A DNA stretch of 62,608 bases, the filler included, from Hausera hauseri (taxonomy: Eukaryota), in NCBI GenBank assembly GCA_046269625.1. It is 11 parts of 11 records of this genome, joined end to end, with 100 filler letters (N's around TTAATTAATTAA, not from the genome) between each part and the next. Parts side by side here need not be neighbours in the genome. Positions count along the whole stretch, not along the records: positions 1 to 4,197 come from JBJURY010707547.1; positions 4,298 to 11,513 come from JBJURY010030337.1; positions 11,614 to 15,924 come from JBJURY010642774.1; 8 more parts are not named here. One strand, written 5' to 3'. The position numbers were made by a program, and so were the translations under genes. Below the pieces are notes generated by a model. The model searched no databases, was not told where the DNA came from, and was given only the letters and a program-made list of their open reading frames with translations. Positions 1 to 11,639 of this stretch are shown here, in pieces. The number at the start of each line of letters is the position of its first letter. Within the stretch, counting starts at the first letter, position 1.

Positions 1-460
1 AGGAAAATTCTGGATAAGAGCATGGAATAATTTCATATTTGAAATCAACGTAACAAATAACGTCAGTATGCAATTTTCAACCAGATCTGTTCTTAGAAGT
101 AAATTTGTCAGTCATAACGATAAAGAATCCCATACATGTGGTGAAATTCGATCCTCGTAGGTAAAGAATCCCTAGAGAGCGCTATTGAAGCAATAATTCA
201 AAGATATTTTTTGCACTTTTAATCGTAGTGTAACATATGACGTTTTTAAACTATGGGTAAGTCAGATTTCAAAAATTGTGGCAAATGATAGATCATCTAT
301 ACTTTGACGGAAGATGGTAAAATATCCATTGATACAAATACTTTTTATTCATTTCATAAAATCCATTTTTCACGGTGCTTCTTTTTAAATGTAAGTTTGA
401 TAAGTCTTATTACATTTTTTCTAAATAATTTTACGTTTAACCATGATATTTGGATTTTAG

Positions 461-1165
461 ATTGTTCCTAGTACTCTCTATCCAAATTTACCTGGTACGA
501 GTTTTACTACATCAGCAACAGTTGCTACAATAAGTGAAATTTACTCAAATATGCCAACTGTTGACGAAAAATCTGATATATATGCTAAATTCGCAGAAAC
601 TTTACAAGTAGATTTGGAAAGTATCAAGAAAGACCGAGAAGACCATGAATATGAACTATATCGACATATCGAGGTATGTACGCAAATCGATTCTTTGAAG
701 GAAGAATTGGCACAGCTTAAACACGATTGCAATGAGGTAGATGGATTGTGCCACGAACTTCAGGAACGATGCTCACTTATAGAAAATGTAGTTTATTTGA
801 TATTTTATGCCATTTAAAAGTATTAACGTAGACTGAAATGGCAGCAGAAAATGCTAAATTCGATTTTGTCAAATCGGAAGTTGAAAAGAATCTTAAGCAA
901 CTTAATATTCTCGAACGAGAAATATCTAAATCTGAGTTCAATAGGTGTTATTTGTTCAGAATTTTGTCGATTATAATTTCATAGAAATTTAGAAATTCAG
1001 AAAAATATCGACCAAATCAAAAGAGATATAGATAAGTTAAATAAAGATCGAGACTTAACGGAAACCAGAAATTCTAAATTGAAAGACGAAATCAGAAATT
1101 ATGAATCGGAATTTAACTCTTTTAAGTTTCAGTTGCAAAAGGAACTCATTGTGTTACAAAATACG
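461..1165 (+). CDS. Host coiled-coil protein, partial, spliced through very short introns
   Basis: Exons 461-787, 832-944 and 985-1165 join in frame through GT..AG introns 788-831 (44 nt) and 945-984 (40 nt). The product is E/K/L-rich and heptad-like. Confidence 0.7.
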
Positions 1166-1501
1166 GTAAAGGATTATGTTTTGATCAGCATTTCTTTTTA
1201 TCACTTTGGTCTGTCATCGTGCGTTTAGAATTTCTTAAGATTATTTACCGATGCTTCATTTAGGTCTTTTGGATCAAGAATCTGTATTGAGTGTGGTATT
1301 TAACAATATAAACATAAATCAAATATATATGTATATTATTAAATGGACACCATTTGCCTCAAGCTCTATTATTGGTCATCATCATTCAAAGAACATAAAC
1401 TAAGTGAAAAGATCGTTAAATACACAAATAAATCTTTACACGCTTATGCAAACACGTGAATAATTTTATTGAAATCTGTTTGTGAATTAGGTATTGTGTA
1501 A

Positions 1502-3608
1502 TAGAATGGGTTGATTTTGTAATTGCGATGTTGGAGTGACCGAGATTCATAGATTTATGTTTAGTAACAAAGAAAAACCTTATACATGTTGAAATATAGG
1601 AAAATTTTTTTAGGAAAACCTGTCAGTTTTGGGTATAATTTTTCGCATAATAAATGCACAAAAATTAGTGTATTGCAAATTACAAGTATATAAACCTTAA
1701 TTTTCATCACTTTGTAAAATGTTCTTAGTGTTAGTAGAAAGCATTCATGTTCCTTTGTATTTTTATTGTGGCTAAAAAGCGTAGATCTACAGTATTGCCT
1801 AGAGCAGACAGTGGCAAGAAGTTCTGTGGACAACTACCTCTTTGGATACAACAGAGTCTACGACGTTGCATCAAGTTATTCAACACAGCTATTTTCTTAA
1901 AAACAGTAATCCAGATTTGAAAGACTATGACATTTCTAAGGTAATTACGAAGGATGTTATTGAGGTCTGGCGATCCGTGAACCCACAGCTGCCACTCTAT
2001 GATGAATATTACATTGTAAAGAAGATAAATAAAGCTTGTTTCCAAAAGGCGAAGAAGATTAACTGGAAGATGCTTTCAACAGTCCAACAACAAAATTTAG
2101 AGCAAAGCCTTCATAAAATTTTTGACATTTCCGCGTTCACCTTCCATCTGCCTATTCGACCTTGCAATGACAATTCTGTGGGATGCACAAATAAAAAAGC
2201 TAAACTCAACATTGTGTGCTTGTGCCCTCCAAGCAAGAAGGTTCCACTTGAGGAGAGAGAGTACTTGAGAGATCCGAGAGCAAAACATGGACCAAAAAGT
2301 ACGTCCCAGTTGTGATCGGTAGATCATGAGGCGGTAAAGAAAATGAGAAGGACTGAAGCAGAAGCCGAGAGATTTAAGAGGCAGAAACAAGCCAAGGACC
2401 TACCCCCCACGACCACATCTCATGCTGTGTCGTCAGATTCAAGTCAATCCTTAAGCAACGATAACGGCGAGGATGGAGAGTTCAATTTTGATAGTATGTC
2501 TAGTGGTGCTTACAGTTTCTTGAAAACTCCAAGATATTCAATGGAACTGATTAGGAGTGATGTGTCTTCTCGTCTTGGAACCAGCCTCGCAAACGCACTT
2601 CTCTTCGACTTACAGGCTATGGATCTTCTCAAACTTGGTTTAGGTGTAGGACAAATAATCCTGGATAAATTCAAAAATGATCGAGAAAAGAACAGAATGA
2701 AAGAAGAGTGATAAGAAGCAAGGTGAAAGTATGGATCTGTTATTGTGCATTTGGGTTGATACAAAGTTTGATAGAGATACATTAATGTACAGAGAGGTTA
2801 CAAGTGAAGATGGTCAGATCAAATTGAAGAAAGGAAAGAGACTTGAGCATCATCTGACTTTTATTAAAGAATCAAGAAAAGATAGTGGGACATATTTAAC
2901 TCGTAGGATCGTTCCAACAAAGGAGCTACAGGAGCTGTTCTTGGAGCAAAAGTGGAGAGCGTCTTGGAGGAGTTCCAAAGTGTAAACTACCTCAAAGCAG
3001 TACTCCTTCATAATACAGCAACAAAGACTGGTTGGGAAAGTTGCCTTTTTACAGTACTGGAAAATAATTTCAAGCGAAGACTGCACACTATTGGTTGTTC
3101 TCTTCATCAAAATGAACTACCTTTTCGAACGGTTTTTAAGTTCTTTTATGGCAGTACTAAGAGAGTCCCACGGCCTTCAGCGGCCCTTTGGGTAAATTAT
3201 GTGAGATTGATCACCAGAATCTGCCACAGACCAAATTTACAACCCTTAGTGGTCCAATTAATGATATACAGTTTCCTGATGAAAATCTGGCTGATCTCAG
3301 CACCGACCAGAGACTTCTTTTGGAGTATATTCGAGGAATTTCCAGTGGCGGAGTTAACCCAGATTTGCGGCATAGTGTAACTGTCAAAACTTTCATTATC
3401 TTTGCCAATATTTTTGTTCTTCTTATTAATTTGACAAATATTGGTGATGAACATGAATAATTTTAGCAAATTATGGTGCATTATTTTTTATATAACATTT
3501 TCATACAACAATGTGAAGTTTTTTGTTCTTTCATCTTACCATAAGTCCTGCATATCTTAACGAGTCCAAAATTAATATCTTCAAAAAGTTGGAAAATGAC
3601 CCATCCTA
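1502..3608 (+). mobile_element. Decayed cut-and-paste DNA transposon (DDE transposase pseudogene, possibly Sola2-like) with imperfect TIRs
   Basis: Broken ORFs 1842-3460 carry LHNTATKTG (D-x-T-x-x-NTG-like) and CSLHQNELPFR motifs. The ends TAGAATGGGTTGATTTT (1502-1518) and AAAATGACCCATCCTA (3593-3608) are near reverse complements. Superfamily assignment is tentative. Confidence 0.6.
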
Positions 3609-3803
3609 ATCATAAAATTCTGAGACACACGGGCACGATATTGTGCTGCTTATACCTTATCTGATTGGATGTGAACTTATAAGTTTCAGTTTCAATTAAT
3701 ATTACAAAGAACTTCTAAATGTAAACCTGAATATCACAAAAATTGTTCAACCTGAAATACCTGGGAATTTAAAAAATATCTTGAAAATTACGTTCGTAAA
3801 GTG

Positions 3804-3833
3804 TGTGGTGCTGCGAGAGCGGGCGTCGCCACA
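3804..3833 (+). repeat. LTR 5'-end hairpin (TGTGGTGC...CGCCACA), probable solo/partial Gypsy LTR start
   Basis: 30-nt motif matches 22855-22884 and 30815-30844; the last directly follows a polypurine tract. Confidence 0.55.
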
Positions 3834-4197
3834 ATTTCGGTGGCTAATTTATCGCTCGGCACCATCAGGCCGGTTTGTTTTCCGCCTTGGCTTTCGCCGA
3901 TTTGTTTTCTGCTCGACTGTCAGTCGGTCGATCATTTTCCAAAAATGAAATATTCTAACTTGCCAGTCAGAACGAACTACTTAATGTTAACCAAGCAATG
4001 CCAATTTGATTTTATTTTACTGTTTTGTTCGTTTAAATAGTTTGTGTCGTTCCGGTGAATTGCTTTTATTCTACCGGAATATGTTAGTTTTCGTGCAAAT
4101 ACATTTTTCTTCTATGTCCAATTTTTTCTCAACAGAATGTCAATTTTATCTGAGATTGTTACAAATCGTATGTATTCATTTTAATGTAAAAGTGTTT

Positions 4198-4297
4198 NNN
4201 NNNNNNNNNNNNNNNNNNNNNNNNNNNNNNNNNNNNNNNNNTTAATTAATTAANNNNNNNNNNNNNNNNNNNNNNNNNNNNNNNNNNNNNNNNNNNN
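4198..4297. other. Artificial contig-joining linker
   Basis: 44 N + TTAATTAATTAA (six-frame stop) + 44 N. Identical linkers at 11514-11613, 15925-16024, 22041-22140, 26914-27013, 32074-32173, 38959-39058, 47557-47656, 53859-53958 and 58466-58565. Confidence 0.98.
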
Positions 4298-4767
4298 TTC
4301 GTGTCAAAATATCTGCCCGACCGATGTTCTCTGACGAAGATCTTAGTAAGATCGAAATATTCGAACGTTGAATAAAGAATGTTGAACAAATTCGGCAGCA
4401 TTATTGTCCTCAAAAAGACATTTATATATAGTTTATATCTTAAAATATGCAACAGAATTTAGTAAAATTCGTCTCACTAATAAATATAAGCCAGTGTATA
4501 ATATGAATTATGCACCTTTTCATTTATATTTAAACGTAAACAACACGTGCCAAAGAACATTTGTCAAAGTAAAATTATTTTAAATAATTAGTTCTAACAG
4601 TAATTATTGCAAAACGTTTATACCACAAAGACATCTCAACACTTCAATATTACTTTTGATCTACTAATCATTGTTTTGCATTTATATTACTAGTTTCGCT
4701 TTCACTACCAGCTATTTAAAATAGAAAATTGACAGGTTTAATTGCATTGAACTTTAACACTATTTAT

Positions 4768-4940
4768 TACCGTATTTCACGGACTATAAGACGCAATGGA
4801 CAACAAGACGCAGGGGACTTTCAAAAATACCAATTTAAAAAATACCATATTTGGACATTAGTAAGAATCCCATTTTTCTCTGGTACAGTGGCACCTTCGT
4901 TGTATAAGACGCACGGAATTTCTGGACGGAAAAAAAAATC
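4768..4940 (+). mobile_element. pogo/Tc2-type transposon or MITE terminal fragment
   Basis: TA + CCGTATTTCACGGACTATAAGACGCA terminus, with TATAAGACGCA repeated internally near 4903. Confidence 0.5.
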
Positions 4941-5537
4941 TTGGGTTGTGGTGAATGTTTTTCCCAGGAGACTCTGGTAGCGAACGAGTTAAATTACTAT
5001 GAATTAATGTTTTAGATTAATAAATTATGCACTTTGTATCTTAACACCAGAAGTATCAAAGGCGCCATTAGACGCAACTTAGATAACTCCTTACCACGCA
5101 CCCCGTCAATTATTGTCATAATATTAATTTATGCTAACTATACCAGAACTTAGTAGCCCCAAACTTACCTACTCATGTTTGTTTCTTTAATAGACAAAAT
5201 GACTAGAAAAACCGCCTGATACGCCATATTGACACTGGTTAATGCACTTTTGCAGCTAAATTGAGATATAATTTATTAGCCATACACTCATTCCATTGTA
5301 GTTGTCATAATTGTGTCTATTTCACGAAATGAAAAACAATGAAAAAACGTCACTTGTGTTCATACAAAAGCGCATCAGTAGGTGTATACGCGGGGTCCAG
5401 GCCAACCTTGGACTTTGGACCTTACGACTGGACAGATCGGCCAATAGCGATCGATCTATTTTTTTCAGATTGTCACCTGGCTGCGCTCCGTACAGGACAC
5501 GCGTAGTGTTCCACTAGAGGAACATGTCCCGCAGGAG

Positions 5538-5567
5538 CGTGGGAAAAATTCATGAATTTTTCCCACG
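5538..5567. promoter_or_regulatory. Perfect 30-bp palindrome containing inverted CGTGGGAA (CSL/Su(H)-consensus) sites
   Basis: CGTGGGAAAAATTCA|TGAATTTTTCCCACG is self-complementary. It lies in a GC-richer non-coding tract distal to the Polinton genes. The palindrome is certain; its function is not. Confidence 0.45.
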
Positions 5568-6219
5568 GTTGCGCGTCACGCAAAATACGTGATGAATAAA
5601 AAGTAATAATAAAAAAGTTGAAATAAGAAATGCAAAAAAAAGAACTTACGTCACGCCAGTAATCCGTTCTAAATGTAAAAAAAAGGTGGTGAAAATCACC
5701 GTTGAGCACCATGGGAACTGCCCCCACTGGTCCTGCCGATGCCCTCTTTTTGCCCCGTAGGGTGCGGCGAGGAGTTAGTTCCGCATTGGTTGCCATTTCA
5801 ATCATACATGACCCATGTGATATTACATGTATAAATTATGATAAACTGACATGATGTGTTAGAAAGAATTTTTCTGGTTGTAAAAATTTAGAAATGCACT
5901 TTAATATATTTCAGACAAATATGCTGCGTTGTCATTGGTCAGTATCACATAAATGAAATCAACATATTCTTTGACAGATAATTCAATTCTTTTTTTATTC
6001 ATCAATTTTTCTCTTTATATCCTATGTAAAAAATTTTTAGTTAACTGAATACTACGTATTCTGCATATAAACAGTAATAAAAAAGGTTTGTCATATCACA
6101 TAAGTCTTATATGGTCGAATTAACAACCTGGGAAAAGTAAAATTTAAAAAATCTAAAAATAAAATCTATAATTATTTAAATCTGTAGTTAAGTAGATGGT
6201 CAATATACGAAGATATATA

Positions 6220-6487
6220 TTAGGATTCATAGCCAGAATCTATGTTCAATATTTCATTAATAATGTTCATATCAGAATCATTTAAATTTATAGAGTCAAA
6301 AAAATCGTCATCATCGTCATCATCATCAGTATTCTCATCATCGTCATCATCAGCATCATCCTTGTTTATATTGTCGTTATACTGTTCGCTATGATATACG
6401 ATCGACAGTATTTCTTGTAAAAATTAAAAAAAAGTCTTCCTCATCAGATTCATACTCATTCCAATTCTGAAGCAAAAAACCGTACAT
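6220..6487 (-). pseudogene. Small highly acidic Polinton-associated protein ending in DSGYES (one frameshift in a homopolymer)
   Basis: Manual translation: MYGFLLQNWNEYESDEEDFF / FLQEILSIVYHSEQYNDNINKDDADDDDDENTDDDDDDDDFFDSINLNDSDMNIINEILNIDSGYES*. The shift is at the A-runs around 6419-6433. Confidence 0.5.
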
Positions 6488-6647
6488 GCAAACATCTCTG
6501 CACAAATATAATAAAAGCAGTAAACTGCAAAATTTTTAATAAAAGATCTATCAGATGAGTACTATTACTACAGATTATATAAATATATAGGTAAAAATCA
6601 TTTTCACAATCAAGAAAAGTCATCAAATATCACCATTGTCATCATCA

Positions 6648-7046
6648 TCATCTGAAAAGCAGTTCAACTTCATACAAACACCATGATGCCCTCTTCGCTT
6701 TAGTTATGGAATGTTCTGAATAACCAAGTAATTTTAACGTAATGCTACAACGAATCTCCTCATCTGGTAAAACTTTCAAGCGATGTTTTGTTTTGTCAAC
6801 ATCGGTTATTCCCCATTTATTAACGTTTTTGACGAATATCGACGAATCTTCCAATGTCAAACCTACGCCCAACGATGATAAAGACTCATTGATACTGTCA
6901 ACGTCTGTTGAAGTCAAGTCGAAAATGCGAAATCCAAATTTTGTCTTTTTTATGTTGACAGGATCTGACAGTTTAATTACAATAGGCCTTCGTAAGCTGT
7001 TCATATTGTATTCAAAAACTTTTCTTGCTTCACGGAATAAGCCCAT
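6648..7046 (-). CDS. Conserved PolB-linked Polinton protein (possible OB-fold ssDNA-binding protein)
   Basis: Intact 132-aa ORF just downstream of PolB. Homologous to the decayed ORF at 61310-61751 (LSDPVNIKKTKFG..TDVDSINESL vs LPQPVKIMQPKYG..SDFDSMEETI). Confidence 0.6.
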   Translation of the reverse strand: MGLFREARKVFEYNMNSLRRPIVIKLSDPVNIKKTKFGFRIFDLTSTDVDSINESLSSLGVGLTLEDSSIFVKNVNKWGITDVDKTKHRLKVLPDEEIRCSITLKLLGYSEHSITKAKRASWCLYEVELLFR

Positions 7047-7186
7047 AGAACTAGACTTAATATATTGAAAGTATTAATATTTTGCAGGTAGTAATTATGT
7101 AAATTTATTAAATAGAATATGTATGAAAAGGTAATCACATAAAGTAAGTAAACGAAGAATGTATTAAGATTTACAACAACACAAGA

Positions 7187-10100
7187 TCAAAGTGAGTAAT
7201 GTCCATATGCCCGACTTTCATAGCTACTGATCCAATGTCGTTTATTGTCCAGTGGCGACAAGGCAATTTTTGTTCGTTTAACCGTATACAGTTGATGGTT
7301 CACAGACTGAATGAGACGTTGTTCAACGCTACATTCGTGTTGATTTATAAAAGCAATTTTAAATGAATCATGATTTATATCCGTCTTTTTCAACGAAACT
7401 CCCTTGGCTCTCATTGTTTCTGCCCCATCGCTAAATAGCATGCTGTAACATTTTGGACGGAGAAAAATCCATTCAGTAAAATGACGATTTCCACAGCTTT
7501 CGTCTTTAACCAGACCAATTTTATTTGCAACTGCTGACGAATAAAGAGGATTGTCTGGTGGGTAATTTGATGTGTCAAGCAAACCATCATCTTTCATCTT
7601 CTGCAATAAGGTGTTTAAATTCACATTTTTACATAACAGGAAAAAACTGTCAGTATCACCTGCTATAAGACTCAGTGTGCATCCAAACAATTGTCTATAA
7701 GTCTGCAGCTCAACATATTGTAGCATGTACATTCGTAATTTACTTAAATCCAATACTGCATTGCCGACATATATTGGGCGATCAAGACATATAACGTCTT
7801 TGCCTAAGAGAACCAGTACAATATTGTCATCGATTACCCACGACGTCTTGAACTGTAATTTACTCGTATATGTAACTAAAGCCTTTTCCGTGGTACATAT
7901 TCGTACGTTCATACGTTTAAATAGATTTTCTACAGTTTTTCCATACAACGAATTATTTTTCAATTTATAGTAATCCTTGTCACACTTGGTTGATGCCATT
8001 GCTCGCTTTGTGGAATTCAGATCAATGTACGTTTTGAAACAGCATGTTTGAGAAAATTGAACTGCTCTATGCACTCGTGTAACCACAGCTCCTAGGTTTA
8101 CAAAAAATTGCAAAAGTCTCCAGTGGATGATATAATTTGTTTTATTTTCATGTGTCAACAATAGTTTTTCAACTTTTGATCCCGGTGGACATTTCTTCTC
8201 AGGAGCTAAAGGAAAATCATCCACTAGATCATGAATATGTGGAGGTATGATGATATCAACCTCTAACACGTAACCAATAAGACTCTTTTCAGTATCTGCT
8301 TCCATTAACTCATTTAGAATCGACTGCAAACGGACTTCATTAAATATCCACACAAATCCTTCATGTGGCAACGGTTGTGATAATGCCCATCCATATAAGT
8401 TGTTCACGTCCAAGTATAAAAGTGACGAGTCCTCCATGGCCTCTACATGATGCGTATTGACAAACGTTATACCACCTCGGATTCCATATTCAAAAAATCT
8501 GTACATTTCCGGATCCTGCAACAAATCTAAATTTACGTCCAGAGTTCGCAATGCACTGTTCCATGACATATGAGGAAGAGTTATGAAATTAAGAGGATCG
8601 AATCCATCATCATCCAGAGCTCTTTGACAGAAGGTATTAAATACGTCAGCTAACAAATATACGTCAAGTTGTAAATAATACAACATATAATCGAGTAAAT
8701 TTTGGCAATTCAATTCAGTCCATTTCTGCCTAGCATATTGGTAATCAGCAATACCAACGTCGTTCCAAATTGGTGGTAAGTCGATTGTGCCTTCCAAGAC
8801 AGTCAATGACGTAGCAAAATTGTATGTAAAAATGCCTTTTCTATGTCCTGTTTGTCCCGGAAAACGGTAGATGTCAAAGGCCATTGAACCAACTTCGAAG
8901 AAAGAGTGTCCAATGACTCGAGCATAAATTGGTAAGAGTCGATAAATTTAATTGCCAGACTAGAAACATGACCAAACCTCTTCAAAAACTTTTCTCTGCT
9001 TTGTGCGATAACAGATGGTATCCAATGTCTGAAATGTCTCAGAGCATATTTCATAATGTGGTGGGAATCGCTTCCTCGAAAATTATGAAAAACAAGTACC
9101 ATAAGAACTTTCCTCTGAATATTACATGTCTGACGTGCATCGCCAATATACTGACCTGTAAAATGATCATGATCACAAACTTTATCATGTACTTCATTTT
9201 TACATAAGTAACATTGATCAGCTAGAAGGAATGCATCCTTATCGTCTGCAGATAATGGAAGCATAGGGCAATGTGCATTCCGATCATACCATGGAATCAC
9301 AATAGTTTTAACTATAATATCTAAACATAACAAGTAATCGACAATACAATTATCTCCGACAAAATGATAATATTGTGACGAAAGATTATAATCCTTTAAC
9401 GGAACTAGCAATAAACCATCAGCAGTAGGAATGTTTTTGTCCATACCCATCATCATAAGGTGACAGGTCAGATTTAAAATCTGAATATGCGACAAAATCC
9501 AAAAATATAAGCTTAGACCAGTTGTCTAACGTTGTATGTTCACTATTGACATTACATAATTTAGCACGGTTGTCATATGCTTTTTGATGTCTGAAACCAT
9601 GCAAACGAATCTGACACTGTATACAATTGATTTAAACCACACAATTGTCAAAGTTTAAGTCGATTTAAATTTACCACTGCAACGTAAAGAAACCTATGTG
9701 AATTTTCAAGTATCAATAGATTAATAATACAACAATTTGACGAAATATCCTTCGAACGATACAAAACATCAACATGCGGATTTTTAAATACTTTCTGTAT
9801 CATCATTGTATCCGAAAACATTAATTGCATGTTTTGGATTTTTTACTTCAAACAGTAAAATTCCTGATAATTTCATTGGCATTTCGCTTTCTTTATAATT
9901 GATTTTATGCACATAATGAAGATAATTATTTGGTCGATAATGATGATGTTGAATATCGTCATAATGCAACACAGCGAGAATACTATATAGAAAACATTTA
10001 TTATCTGAGTTTTTCACATTTACTATAGATTGTGACTGAAAAAGCCCTTTGGTGTTTGAATATACGATCTTCCCGATAAGTATATAATATCAGATGTTTT

Positions 10101-10484
10101 TCTTACAGTAAATGTAAATTCAATAATCCGACATAATCTCTATCCACTACCGAATTCTGAATACTTCTCAATTTTCTGATTCAATATTTGTCCAACATCC
10201 TCAACAAAATCGTTATTCCATGATTTTCCACAATGAGACAGCCTCCATTGCTTAATTTTACCTTTACTAATGTTCTTAAACTCAAATAAACCACCAAACT
10301 GTATTTTACAGGATGGAAAACGATCAATTTCTTCTTTTTATTTTAAAATAATATGTCGAGGAACATGTCTGATATCTACTAAACCATCGTTTTCAACTGT
10401 AATTCGTAAATAAACATGAGACCCGTTTAAAGTCGAACATCGTTCCACATTCCCATCTTCGTGAATAAATTGACGTTTACGCAT
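7187..10484 (-). pseudogene. Polinton/adintovirus protein-primed DNA polymerase B with endonuclease-VII-like insert (5' half frameshifted)
   Basis: Pol motifs YLDVNNLYG, KLKNNSLYGK and AGDTDS in 7187-8884. Exo FHNFRGSDSH and CYLC..DHDHFTG.YIG...CN in 8803-9495. NSDNKCFLYSILA in 9784-10017. Confidence 0.93.
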
Positions 10485-10684
10485 TGCTTTATCCTAAATA
10501 TCAAAAATTGTTAAGCTTACATGTTAATAGAAAGTTGCTTCTGATACAATATGATGGCAAATGTATTCATATTACAAGAACTTTTTTTACTTTTATACAA
10601 TGTTGATGAAATGAAATTGGAAAAACAAGTTATTGACTCGTGAAAAGGTAAAAAAACAACATTAACAAGTCTATTATTATGAAA

Positions 10685-11170
10685 TCAAATTTTAAATACT
10701 CTATAGTTAGATGGATTACGCCAGTCCAAATCTGCTCCACCGTCACGAACTCGTCGACAATAATTTTGAATCATATGTTTTGTTAAGGCGAAACAATTTA
10801 GGGAATTATCGGCTTTAATTTTTGATTTTGTTCCGTGACAAATTCTGAAATGATAAGCATGTGCGTCATCATGCATCCGTTCAGAATCGTCGTATTCCTT
10901 CTTACTAATTCCAGACGATAAAAATATCCATAGTAATTTATTACTACATGCTGTTTGTGATAATCTGAGAACGTCGGGAAACTCTCTCACGTAACACGAA
11001 CGATCACTTCCAGTTGATCCAGTCACGTTTTCCAAGAGATATTGCTGTTTGAATCTCATATTGGAATAGAATCTCTCCATGTATTTTCCTTCCATATCAT
11101 CAGTCTTCATCAACTCAGGAATTGCATGAAGCCTCGGTGAAAATCGACTGTGATCAAATTCTCTAATCAT
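10685..11170 (-). CDS. Hypothetical protein upstream of PolB, probably Polinton-encoded
   Basis: 161-aa intronless ORF co-oriented with PolB; the frame continues further 5' past one stop. Confidence 0.45.
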   Translation of the reverse strand: MIREFDHSRFSPRLHAIPELMKTDDMEGKYMERFYSNMRFKQQYLLENVTGSTGSDRSCYVREFPDVLRLSQTACSNKLLWIFLSSGISKKEYDDSERMHDDAHAYHFRICHGTKSKIKADNSLNCFALTKHMIQNYCRRVRDGGADLDWRNPSNYRVFKI

Positions 11171-11419
11171 GTAGGCAAAAGGGTTTTCTTCATTAATAAC
11201 ATACCCAGCGTGGCATTTTGCATGAACAATATCGAGTATGTGATGGGAATATGGAGAAAATTATCCAGAATGATCATTATCAATACGTCGTTTTTTCGCA
11301 TGTAATGCATTATTATTGTGCATATATATAGAATCTATTGATTTCTTGCAAAAGCAATAATCATAATAGAGGTGTGGTCGATTCGATTTGATATCATCGA
11401 TCCAACCTCCAAGGTTTTA

Positions 11420-11437
11420 ATGATGATGGCGATGACA

Positions 11438-11513
<76 letters not shown>
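11420..11513 (+). repeat. (GAT/ATG)n microsatellite at contig end
   Basis: About 30 trinucleotide units running into the linker. Confidence 0.95.
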
Positions 11514-11639
11514 NNNNNNNNNNNNNNNNNNNNNNNNNNNNNNNNNNNNNNNNNNNNTTAATTAATTAANNNNNNNNNNNNNNNNNNNNNNNNNNNNNNN
11601 NNNNNNNNNNNNNTTCTATACATTTAGTAGTCAATGCTT

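Noticed and set aside
5041-5380. TTAA-CACC start suggesting a piggyBac-like end
   Set aside because: No matching opposite terminus or transposase was found.
11372-11569. Poly-Met ORF
   Set aside because: Translation of an ATG/GAT microsatellite that runs into Ns.
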